The notes beneath the pieces were generated by a model, which searched no databases, was not told where the DNA came from, and worked only from the letters and a program-made list of their open reading frames with translations. DNA of 30,053 nt from Clostridia bacterium. GTDB taxonomy: Bacteria; Bacillota; Clostridia; Christensenellales; Aristaeellaceae. This document shows positions 8,401 to 16,866 of the stretch, in pieces. The stretch is taken from positions 1 through 30,053 of the forward strand of contig WRFT01000001.1 of NCBI GenBank assembly GCA_009776385.1, written 5' to 3'. A program made the translations under genes and the position numbers. Position 1 is the first letter of the stretch; the number at the start of each line of letters is the position of its first letter.

Positions 8401-9573
8401 TTAATGATGGAACAGCCGCAGCCCTGTGAAACCTAAGGTCATCCCGTATTGGTCGCAAGCCGCGATGACCGCGTCATCGCGGATAGAGCCGCCGGGTTCG
8501 GCAACATAGCGAACACCGCTTCGCGCCGCGCGGTCGATATTGTCACGGAAGGGAAAGAAAGCGTCACTGCCTAAGGTAACATCCGTTAACTGTCCGAGCC
8601 ATGCCCGTTTCTCGTCGCCTGATAAGGCTTCCGGTTGATGCGTGAAACGGGTTTGCCAAGCGCCGTCCGCCAGTACATCGCCCGATTCGCCGCTGATATA
8701 ACGATCTATGGCATTGTCACGGTCAGGACGTTTAAGCGTTTCCAAGAAGGGCAGGTTCAGCGTTTTTTCATGTTGGCGCAGCCACCAATTATCCGCCTTG
8801 TCGCCCGCTAACCGCGTGCAGTGAATACGGCTTTGCTGCCCCGCGCCGATTCCGATAGCCTGCCCGTTCTTCACAAAGCATACGGAGTTGGACTGCGTAT
8901 ACTTCAAGGTGATCATCGCAATCTTCAAATCCCGTTTCGCATCGGGCGGTAAGGCTTTCTTAGCCGATACGATATTCATGAATAAAGCATCGTCGATTTC
9001 CAGTGTGTTGCGCTCCTGCTCGAAGGTGATGCCGAATACCTCTTTTTGTTCCAACGCTTCGGGTGTGTAACTTGCATCGATTTGAACGATGTTATAAAAG
9101 CCGCCGCGTTTTCGCTTTAGCATTTCAAGCGCGTCTAAATCGTAACCCGGCGCGATGACGCCGTCGGACACCTCGCGCGTAATGAGCCGGGCGGTGGACG
9201 CGTCGCATGGGTCTGATAAACAAATCCAATCTCCAAAGCTGCTCATACGGTCCGCGCCGCGTGCGCGGGCATAGGCGCAGGCCAGCACAGACAAAGGTTC
9301 ATCCTGTATAAAACAGCTGCGGCGCAGTGTATCGGGCAGCGGCAGCCCGACAGCCGCGCCCGCGGGGCTGACATGCTTAAAACTGGCCGCGGCGGGAAGG
9401 CCTGTAGCCTGCCTTAACTCCCGCACCAACTGCCAACCGTTCAGCGCGTCTAAAAAGTTAATATATCCGGGCTTGCCGCTGAGCACTTGAAGCGGCAGCG
9501 TTCCGGCTTTAGCAAAGATACGCGCGGGTTTCTGGTTTGGGTTACACCCGTATTTTAATTCAAGCTGGTACAT
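8401..9573 (-). CDS. purH: AICAR transformylase, short monofunctional form lacking the N-terminal IMP cyclohydrolase domain (PurJ-like)
   Basis: Begins at LKYGCNPNQ; has SFKHVSPAG, DRMSSFGD, KYTQSNS, GAGQQSRIHC, SDAFFPF, GLRLFHH; 390 aa, too short for bifunctional PurH. Confidence 0.9.
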   Translation of the reverse strand: MYQLELKYGCNPNQKPARIFAKAGTLPLQVLSGKPGYINFLDALNGWQLVRELRQATGLPAAASFKHVSPAGAAVGLPLPDTLRRSCFIQDEPLSVLACAYARARGADRMSSFGDWICLSDPCDASTARLITREVSDGVIAPGYDLDALEMLKRKRGGFYNIVQIDASYTPEALEQKEVFGITFEQERNTLEIDDALFMNIVSAKKALPPDAKRDLKIAMITLKYTQSNSVCFVKNGQAIGIGAGQQSRIHCTRLAGDKADNWWLRQHEKTLNLPFLETLKRPDRDNAIDRYISGESGDVLADGAWQTRFTHQPEALSGDEKRAWLGQLTDVTLGSDAFFPFRDNIDRAARSGVRYVAEPGGSIRDDAVIAACDQYGMTLGFTGLRLFHH

Positions 9574-9588
9574 AGTAAGACCTCACGT

Positions 9589-10311
9589 TTATTGGATATA
9601 TTTATTAAGGATGCGTGTCTGTATGCTGCCGGTTTTTATATCCGTAAAGCGTACAAAGAGGCTTATCTTGTTATCCTTATCCAGACCGGCCCAAAGCGCC
9701 GCGGTGAAGGTATCCGCGTCACCGGTTATCGCAACGCGTTTGGGTTCCCCCATAAAGCTCGGAAGGGGGGATCCATCCGCCGCATAGGTATGCAGAAAAT
9801 GCCCCTCGCCCGCCCGCGGCGCGGGGTACTCGAAGAAGAAACGCTGCGGGCTTTTCGAATCACCCCCGCAGGACTTTAAAATAGACAGTTTATAGCTTAC
9901 CAACCCATCGCGTAATGTGAGCAGACCGGATATGCGGGGCGTATAATTGGGTGCGTCCGGCTCGAAGGTACGGGTACGGACTGCCTCCTCAAAGGATTTC
10001 CCGCTTTCCAGAAAAGCCGCGATCGTGTCGGTTTGGTCCCCATTGGAGACCACGGTGACTCCGCCGGAGCATACCCGTACCGGCTGATAAATAATTAAAT
10101 CGGGATCCTTCATTTTTGCAGGGTCAAAAGCCTCGGTGACTATTCCGTCCCCTTTTTGTACAAACACCCTGTTACGGCTGTTGTCGCTTCGCCCCATGAT
10201 GAAGTAGGCGGCGACAGCGCTGCCGCCATCGGCTGAAATCCCCAAAACAATACCCCGTCCGGGATAGGCGTTTTCCCGTACGTCCTTGAGTAAGTCTAAG
10301 ACATGGCTCAA
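9589..10311 (-). CDS. Stand-alone IMP cyclohydrolase-like protein (PurO-like Ntn fold)
   Basis: YPGRGI, YFIMGRSDNSRNR, LIIYQP, NGDQTD, FEPDAPNYTPRISG; TTG start at 10311 with SD AAGGAGG; sits between purN and the short purH. Confidence 0.8.
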   Translation of the reverse strand: MSHVLDLLKDVRENAYPGRGIVLGISADGGSAVAAYFIMGRSDNSRNRVFVQKGDGIVTEAFDPAKMKDPDLIIYQPVRVCSGGVTVVSNGDQTDTIAAFLESGKSFEEAVRTRTFEPDAPNYTPRISGLLTLRDGLVSYKLSILKSCGGDSKSPQRFFFEYPAPRAGEGHFLHTYAADGSPLPSFMGEPKRVAITGDADTFTAALWAGLDKDNKISLFVRFTDIKTGSIQTRILNKYIQ

Positions 10312-10315
10312 AGCG

Positions 10316-10921
10316 CTACCTCCTTGTTTGACTAAGCTGATAAGCCAGCTTTTCCGTCTCGGCCGGCAGTAAAATCCACTCGGCTTGGCGCATGACGCGC
10401 TTTTGCAAGCGCTCCGGCGTATCGCCCTTGCGGACACGCACGGCTTTTTGCGCCAGAATGCGGCCGCCATCCGGTTCATTGTTGACCAAATGCACGGTTG
10501 CGCCCGTAATCTTCACGCCTCTTTCCAACGCGGCCTCATGCGGTTTAAGGCCGTAATAACCTTTTCCGCAAAAGGATGGAATGAGGCTGGGATGAACATT
10601 GATGACACGGTTTTCGTAAGCATCAACGACACAGGCATCCAAAATGAGCAGAAACCCGGCCAGGACGATTAACTCGACCCGATGGGTTTGCAAAACAGCC
10701 AGCAGCCTTTGTCCGTACCGTTTGGAGGATTCACCGCGCTCCTTTACCAAAACCGCCGTTTTGATGCCCGCGGTACGGGCACGCGTCAGGGCATAGGCGT
10801 CTTCTTGGCTGCTTATCACAAGTGCGATTTGACCGCTTTGTAAAACGCCGTTCCTCTGCGCGTCCAAAAGTGCCTGTAAGTTTGTCCCCCCGCCCGAAAC
10901 CAGAACGGCAATTGTCAGCAT
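10316..10921 (-). CDS. purN: Phosphoribosylglycinamide formyltransferase
   Basis: VLVSGGGTNLQAL, LAGFL, INVHPSL, GATVH, catalytic Asp in EPDGG. Confidence 0.95.
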   Translation of the reverse strand: MLTIAVLVSGGGTNLQALLDAQRNGVLQSGQIALVISSQEDAYALTRARTAGIKTAVLVKERGESSKRYGQRLLAVLQTHRVELIVLAGFLLILDACVVDAYENRVINVHPSLIPSFCGKGYYGLKPHEAALERGVKITGATVHLVNNEPDGGRILAQKAVRVRKGDTPERLQKRVMRQAEWILLPAETEKLAYQLSQTRR

Positions 10922-11976
10922 AGCACCAACTCGCCCTCGCCTGCCTCTATCCCGCCCAGTACATAGGCGTCCTCACCATGCGCCTTTAAAAGCGCCAGCG
11001 CGCGCGAAGCCTCATCCTTTGTCACCGTCAGACACATACCGACGCCCATATTGAAGGTGCAGTACATATCGCGTTCACTGATACGGCCCGTTTCGGCGAT
11101 GATGTTAAAAACGGGTGGGGTGCGAACCGCTTTCTTTTCTATCCTCGCACGCATACCTTTACCCATGGCGCGCGGGATGTTTTCAAAAAAGCCACCTCCG
11201 GTAATATGCGCGATGGAACATGGCATTACGCCCGCATCCAGCAAAGCCATTACCGCGTTAACATATATCTTTGTAGGCGTTAACAACGTTTCCGGCAAGG
11301 ACAACCGCGCACTATCACTTTCTGTAACTTTTAAGCGCATATTGGTAAGGCCGCCGCTTTCCATGCTAAACACTTTGCGGATTAATGAAAAACCGTTGCT
11401 GTGAACACCCGAAGAAGGCAGTGCGATGAGCACGTCTCCCGGCTTCATGCGGTTTTTATCAAGCAGCGCCGCTTTATCCGCGATACCCACACAAAAACCG
11501 GCCAAGTCGTATTCTTCTTCCGGGTAGAAACCGCGCATTTCCGCGGTCTCACCGCCTATCAGCGCGCAGCCCGCCTGCACGCATCCTTCCGCCACGCCGC
11601 CGACAATACACGCCACCTTCTCAGGGTTATTTTTACCTACAGCCAAATAATCCAAGAAAAAAAGAGGCTTCGCTCCGCAGCAAAGCACATCGTTAACGCA
11701 CATCGCCACGCAGTCGATGCCCACCGTGTCGTGCTTATTTAAAAGGAATGCCAGCTTCAGCTTTGTGCCTACGCCGTCCGTTCCGCTGACGAGTACGGGG
11801 TTTCGTATACCGGTTAAGTCCGGCTCAAACAAACCGCCAAAGCCGCCGATACCCTCCAGAACGCCGCGGGTCGCCGTCTTGGCTACATACCCCCGCATCA
11901 GTTCCACCGCGCGGTATCCCGCGGTTATGTCGACACCCGCTTCTTTATAGCGTTCATTCCCGTATGCGTCCGTCAT
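10915..11976 (-). CDS. purM: Phosphoribosylformylglycinamidine cyclo-ligase (AIR synthetase)
   Basis: YKEAGVD, GTDGVGTK, GGETAEM, SSGVHSNGFSL, HITGGG, FNMGVGM. Start placed at ATG 11976, which gives an ATGA overlap with the purF stop. Confidence 0.95.
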   Translation of the reverse strand: MTDAYGNERYKEAGVDITAGYRAVELMRGYVAKTATRGVLEGIGGFGGLFEPDLTGIRNPVLVSGTDGVGTKLKLAFLLNKHDTVGIDCVAMCVNDVLCCGAKPLFFLDYLAVGKNNPEKVACIVGGVAEGCVQAGCALIGGETAEMRGFYPEEEYDLAGFCVGIADKAALLDKNRMKPGDVLIALPSSGVHSNGFSLIRKVFSMESGGLTNMRLKVTESDSARLSLPETLLTPTKIYVNAVMALLDAGVMPCSIAHITGGGFFENIPRAMGKGMRARIEKKAVRTPPVFNIIAETGRISERDMYCTFNMGVGMCLTVTKDEASRALALLKAHGEDAYVLGGIEAGEGELVLC

Positions 11977-13418
11977 GATGTGCCTGTTAATGGCTGAGAC
12001 ATAACAGCCGTATGCGTATCCTCCCGGCAGACTGTCCGCATGGGATAGGTACCGGTAAAACATCCTTTACAAAAACCGCGTTTGCAGTGTTCGGCCAGTT
12101 TATCCACATAATCGATGTTTAAAAACCCAAGGCTGTCCGAATCCATCATCCGGCCAATTTCCTCAATGCTGTGATGCGCGGCGATGAGGTTTTCCGCGCT
12201 GTCCGTGTCGGTGCCGAAATAGCAAGGATACATAAACGGGGGAGCGGTTAGGCGAATATGAACCTGTGCCGCGCCGGCTTCCCGCAACAGGCTGACGATA
12301 TGCGCGCCGGTGTTGCCCCGGACGATGGAATCATCAATAAGCACCACGCGCTTCCCTTTGACAGTGGCTTCCACCACATTCAACTTAATACGTACGGAAT
12401 GGACACGCTGCTGCTGCTCCGGTTGTATAAACGTGCGGCCGATGTAACGGTTTTTAATAAATCCGATACCATACGGAATGCCGCTTTGACGCGAGTAACC
12501 GATGGCGGCGTCGATTCCGCTGTCGGGTACGCCCACAACCACATCGGCTTGTACGGGATGTTCTAAGGCTAAAAATGAACCGGCGCGAAGCCTGGCCGTG
12601 TGCACGCTGCTGCCGTCAATTCGGCTGTCCGGACGCGCAAAATAGATAAACTCAAAGGCGCATAACGCGCTATCACATTCAGATGACGCGCGCAGGCTTT
12701 CAATACCCTCACGGGTCACCACAACGACCTCTCCCGGTTCCACATCACGCACGAACGCGGCTCCAATGGCATCCAAGGCACAGCTTTCGCTGGCAAAAAC
12801 GATATCGCCATTCCAGTCACCCATGCATAACGGACGGAAACCGCGGGGATCGCGCGCGGCAATCATCTTTTGAGGGCTCATAACCAAAAGGGAGTACGCG
12901 CCCTCTATCCGTTCCATGGCCCGCACCACAGCCTGCTCGATACTGCCCGAACACAGCCGTTCCTGCGCGACAATCTGGGCGATGACCTCAATGTCACCGG
13001 TCGTATGGAAAATCGCGCCGCCTTTCATCATTTGTTCGCGAAGCATCTGCGCGTTAATTAAGCTGCCGTTATGGCATAACGCAAAGGGCCCCTTATGGTT
13101 GTTGATAAGCAGGGGCTGCGCGTTGTCGCGGTTATTCGTATCCGAGGACGCATGGCGGCACTGTCCTATGGCAGCGCAGCCATCGGATAGTTTTTCCATG
13201 ACATCGCGTGTAAATACCTCATTAACCAACCCCACATCCTTGCAGCACCTTAAATCACCGCCGATATTCACCGCCATGCCGCAGCTCTCTTGACCCCGGT
13301 GCTGCAGGGCGTATAAGGCATGATAGGTTGGGGTCAGTACGCCTGTTTTATCACCGCGCAGGAAGACGCCGAACACACCGCATTCCTCGTGCAGTTTATT
13401 GAACACACTTTCATTCAT
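11973..13418 (-). CDS. purF: Amidophosphoribosyltransferase (Fe-S type with propeptide)
   Basis: Propeptide followed by EECGVFG, LQHRGQES, NAQP, HNG, CAFEFIYFARPDS, DDSIVRGNT; four Fe-S cysteines including C-terminal CKGCFTG. Confidence 0.95.
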   Translation of the reverse strand: MNESVFNKLHEECGVFGVFLRGDKTGVLTPTYHALYALQHRGQESCGMAVNIGGDLRCCKDVGLVNEVFTRDVMEKLSDGCAAIGQCRHASSDTNNRDNAQPLLINNHKGPFALCHNGSLINAQMLREQMMKGGAIFHTTGDIEVIAQIVAQERLCSGSIEQAVVRAMERIEGAYSLLVMSPQKMIAARDPRGFRPLCMGDWNGDIVFASESCALDAIGAAFVRDVEPGEVVVVTREGIESLRASSECDSALCAFEFIYFARPDSRIDGSSVHTARLRAGSFLALEHPVQADVVVGVPDSGIDAAIGYSRQSGIPYGIGFIKNRYIGRTFIQPEQQQRVHSVRIKLNVVEATVKGKRVVLIDDSIVRGNTGAHIVSLLREAGAAQVHIRLTAPPFMYPCYFGTDTDSAENLIAAHHSIEEIGRMMDSDSLGFLNIDYVDKLAEHCKRGFCKGCFTGTYPMRTVCREDTHTAVMSQPLTGTS

Positions 13419-13900
13419 ACGGGTTTCAGCGCGGCATCTTTTGCCAATACCTGCCGACGCATATCCTCTTTCAATACAAGCAGTTTGTCGTACAATGCAG
13501 CGTCTGACAAGGCAATCATCTGTGCCGCCAGAAGCGCCGCATTCTTCGCGCCGTCAATAGCCACCACGGCGACCGGTATCCCCGGCGGCATCTGTACGGT
13601 AGATAGCAATGCGTCCAGGCCATCCAACGCGTCGCTCTTAATCGGTATGCCGATGATAGGAAGAACGGTTTGCGCCGCTAACGCACCTGCCAGATGGGCC
13701 GCTTTCCCCGCCGCGGCGATGATAACGGCAAAACCATTGTCCGATGCCGCCCGCGCAAACGCGGCCGCCTCCGCGGGTGTACGGTGCGCGGAGTATACAT
13801 GCGCCTCATACGGAATGCTTAGCGCCATTAACGTTTCAAAGCACGGGCGGAGCGCCGGCAAATCGCTGTCAGAACCCATGATGACCGCAACCTTTTTCAT
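13415..13900 (-). CDS. purE: N5-CAIR mutase / AIR carboxylase
   Basis: MGSDSD, SAHRTP, AAHLAG, PIIGIP, VQMPPGIPVA. Confidence 0.96.
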   Translation of the reverse strand: MKKVAVIMGSDSDLPALRPCFETLMALSIPYEAHVYSAHRTPAEAAAFARAASDNGFAVIIAAAGKAAHLAGALAAQTVLPIIGIPIKSDALDGLDALLSTVQMPPGIPVAVVAIDGAKNAALLAAQMIALSDAALYDKLLVLKEDMRRQVLAKDAALKPV

Positions 13901-13942
13901 CCGTTTTTCCCCCTTTTTCGTGAAAACGAGTGTAATAAGTGC

Positions 13943-13972
13943 ATTCTAACGTATTTTATTCGCTAAAGTCAA
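13943..13972 (-). promoter_or_regulatory. SigA-type promoter of the pur operon
   Basis: Minus strand TTGACT (13972-13967)-N18-TAGAAT (13948-13943); short leader to purE. Confidence 0.75.
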
Positions 13973-13976
13973 GCTA

Positions 13977-14020
13977 ATTTCCGAACATTATTTTAATATA
14001 CATATTTATTGTTTGTGTTT
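13977..14020. promoter_or_regulatory. Pair of inverted PurBoxes (Bacillus/Lactococcus-type PurR operator)
   Basis: ATTTCCGAACATT (13977-13989) matches the AWWWCCGAACWWT consensus exactly. The second box on the minus strand, AAACACAAACAATA (14020-14007), is 16 nt away, giving GAAC-N24-GTTT geometry. Confidence 0.8.
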
Positions 14021-14070
14021 TTAACCATAACGGCATTCTCTATAGGAAACAGAGGTAATCTTGTCATGCA

Positions 14071-14099
14071 TTGACAAACGCGCGCGACTCACATACCAT
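14071..14099 (+). promoter_or_regulatory. SigA-type promoter of glgB-xth
   Basis: TTGACA (14071-14076)-N17-TACCAT (14094-14099). Confidence 0.7.
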
Positions 14100-14131
14100 C
14101 ATGATAAACAGCTTAAGGCAGAATCGAGGTT

Positions 14132-16084
14132 ATGGTGATGAAGACACCTCTGCGTATCATCAAACTGGACCCTTTGCTGAAGCCTTATGAGGGCGCTATC
14201 CGGACACGCATGAGTTATTACAGTCAAACGATAAACAAACTGGGTGTGTTAACGACCCTGTCAGACTTTGCCAACGGCCACCATTATTACGGTTTTCATC
14301 AAGCGGATGAGCACTGCTGGGTGTACCGTGAGAAGGCGCCTGAAGCGGACGCGTTAACGTTGATGGGTGATTTTAACGGATGGGACGCGCAGGCTTGCCC
14401 CATGCGGCGTACGCAGAACGGTGACTGGGAGGTACGCGTCAAGGGGCGTCTTCCGCACGCCTCGAAGGTAAGGGTTTGCGTCACGCGCAAGGGGGTTCGG
14501 TTTGAACGGATTCCCCTTTATATCAAACGGCTTTGGCAGAATCCGGATAACGGCGCGTTTGACGGGGTCATTTGGAACCCCGGGGAGTATCCCTGGCAAA
14601 ACCCGCCTGTCACGCCAAAGGACAGGCTATTCATTTATGAATGCCATATTGGAATGGCGGGCGAAAAAGGCGCGGTTTCCGGTTTTACAGAGTTTAAGTT
14701 AAATGTTCTGCCGTATATCCACCGGTTAGGGTATACGGCGTTGCAAATCATGGCTATCATGGAACATCCTTATTACGCGTCCTTCGGTTATCAGGTTTCC
14801 AACTTCTTTGCCGTTTCTTCACGTTTCGGTACGCCGGAAGAATTCAAGGCCCTTGTAGATGAGGCGCATCGGTTGGGCATAGCGGTCATCATGGATCTGG
14901 TGCATTCGCACATGACCCGAAATACCTTGGAAGGCCCGTCGGAATTTGATGGCACGGATTATCAGCTGACCCACTCCGGCGGCTTGGGCGATCATCCCGC
15001 ATGGGGGACGCGCTTGTTTCATTACGGTAAGCCGGATGTGCTGCATTTTCTGCTTTCCGGTATAAAATTCTGGCTGGAAGAGTACCGTTTGGACGGGTTC
15101 CGCTTCGACGGCGTCACCTCCATGCTATATAAACACCATGGGTTGGGTGTTGCCTTCGGTCATTACGGGCAGTATTTTTCGCAAGACACGGATTCGGACG
15201 CCATCGTCTTCCTGCAGCTTGCCGCATCCCTTGCCAAGGAAATTCGGCCGGGCTGTGTGCTGATTGCCGAGGACATGAGCGGTATGCCGGGCATGTGCCT
15301 GAAGGTAAACGAGGGCGGTATCGGCTTTGATTACCGTTTAAACATGGGCTTGCCGGATTATATGAAGTCGTTTGCGGAAACAAATGAATCCCATTGGGAC
15401 TTAGGGAAGCTTTGGTACGAACTGACCACCCGCCGCCCCGGTGAGAAGGTAATTGGATACACGGAATCCCACGATCAAGCCCTTGTGGGGGATAAGACAC
15501 TCATCTTCCGCATGGCGGATTGCACCATGTATGACCACATGCGCAGGGATGACTCGGATCCCACCATAGAACGGGCCATGGCGTTGGTCAAGATGCTGCG
15601 GCTAATCACCTGCGCCGCGGGCGGTGACGGCTATCTCAACTTTATGGGAAATGAATTCGGGCATCCCGAATGGATTGACTTCCCGCGCGAAGGCAATGGT
15701 TGGAGTTATCATTACTGCCGCCGGCAATGGCATTTAGCGCAGGACACCGGTTTAAAGTATGCTTATCTGTTAGCCTTTGATAAGGCGATGCTGCGCCTGC
15801 TGTCCGCGAGACGCGGCGGAAAGAAACCTGCCAAGTGTATGGCGGTGCTCGATCGGGAGAAGGTTATTCTGTTTAAAAAAGGCCGGTATACCTATGTGTT
15901 TAACTTTCATCCGGATCAACCGTATAACTATCAGCCTAACCCGACCGCGCGTTTCCGTGTTGTCTTAAGCACCGCATGGGCCGCATTTGGCGGATCTGTT
16001 GACGGTGTAGAGCAAATGAAGTGGCTTTCGTTAACCGGCATCACGGCAGAAAAACGCTCCGCTGTCGTTTTACTTGACAATTGA
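14132..16084 (+). CDS. glgB: 1,4-alpha-glucan branching enzyme (GH13, eukaryote/Bacteroidota-like type)
   Basis: IYECHIGM, YYASFGYQVSNFFA, DLVHSH, catalytic FRFDGVTSM, IAEDMSG, ESHDQALVGDK, YLNFMGNEFGHPEWIDFPREGN. Confidence 0.92.
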   Translation: MVMKTPLRIIKLDPLLKPYEGAIRTRMSYYSQTINKLGVLTTLSDFANGHHYYGFHQADEHCWVYREKAPEADALTLMGDFNGWDAQACPMRRTQNGDWEVRVKGRLPHASKVRVCVTRKGVRFERIPLYIKRLWQNPDNGAFDGVIWNPGEYPWQNPPVTPKDRLFIYECHIGMAGEKGAVSGFTEFKLNVLPYIHRLGYTALQIMAIMEHPYYASFGYQVSNFFAVSSRFGTPEEFKALVDEAHRLGIAVIMDLVHSHMTRNTLEGPSEFDGTDYQLTHSGGLGDHPAWGTRLFHYGKPDVLHFLLSGIKFWLEEYRLDGFRFDGVTSMLYKHHGLGVAFGHYGQYFSQDTDSDAIVFLQLAASLAKEIRPGCVLIAEDMSGMPGMCLKVNEGGIGFDYRLNMGLPDYMKSFAETNESHWDLGKLWYELTTRRPGEKVIGYTESHDQALVGDKTLIFRMADCTMYDHMRRDDSDPTIERAMALVKMLRLITCAAGGDGYLNFMGNEFGHPEWIDFPREGNGWSYHYCRRQWHLAQDTGLKYAYLLAFDKAMLRLLSARRGGKKPAKCMAVLDREKVILFKKGRYTYVFNFHPDQPYNYQPNPTARFRVVLSTAWAAFGGSVDGVEQMKWLSLTGITAEKRSAVVLLDN

Positions 16085-16104
16085 TAGACGAAGAAGGCGA
16101 AAAT

Positions 16105-16866
16105 ATGGAAATAAAAATCGTATCATGGAATGTGAACGGGCTGCGTGCAGCCTTTGGGAAGGGATTCGCGGATGTTTACAAAGATTTAAACGCAGATTTT
16201 TTTTGTATTCAAGAAACAAAGATGGCGCCCTATCAGGCGGATGATAGGTTTTCTTTCCTTAAGGGGTATTGGAACGCCGCGGAGAAAAAAGGCTACTCGG
16301 GAACGGCCGTCTTTACCGCCAAAGAACCTCAAGGCATATGGCTGGGCATCGGCGAGGCGGATCACGATAGGGAAGGCCGTGTGATAACCCTCGCTTTCCC
16401 GGATTTTTATTTGGTTAATACCTATACGCCCAATGCGCAGCGCGGGTTGGAGCGGCTCGATTACCGTATGACATGGGAGGACGCCATGCGGGCGTACTTA
16501 ACGGCGCTTGACAAAGAAAAACCGGTCATCGTCTGCGGTGATATGAATGTGGCGCATCAAGAAATGGATATTAAAAACGCCAAGTCAAACCGCGGCAATG
16601 CCGGTTTTACGGACGAGGAACGCCATAAAATGACGGTTCTTTTGGCCTCGGGTTTCAAGGATACCTTTCGCATGCTTCATCCCGATGTGCGCGACGCGTA
16701 TACCTGGTGGTCCTATCAGCCCGGCGCCCGGGAAAGAAATGTCGGGTGGCGTATCGACTATGTGTTGGTTTCCGACAGGCTGGCCCAATGCGTACAAGAC
16801 GCCTTTATCCTGCCTGATATATGTGGCAGCGATCATTGCCCGGTGGGCGTTACAATTAAAATTTAG
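16105..16866 (+). CDS. xth: Exodeoxyribonuclease III / AP endonuclease
   Basis: SWNVNG, QETK, GYSG, EGRV, GDMNVAH, GWRIDY, SDHCP; start ATG 16105. Confidence 0.95.
   Translation: MEIKIVSWNVNGLRAAFGKGFADVYKDLNADFFCIQETKMAPYQADDRFSFLKGYWNAAEKKGYSGTAVFTAKEPQGIWLGIGEADHDREGRVITLAFPDFYLVNTYTPNAQRGLERLDYRMTWEDAMRAYLTALDKEKPVIVCGDMNVAHQEMDIKNAKSNRGNAGFTDEERHKMTVLLASGFKDTFRMLHPDVRDAYTWWSYQPGARERNVGWRIDYVLVSDRLAQCVQDAFILPDICGSDHCPVGVTIKI

Noticed and set aside
13900-13945. Purine or ZTP riboswitch upstream of the pur operon
   Set aside because: The predicted leader is under 40 nt, and no aptamer core is visible.
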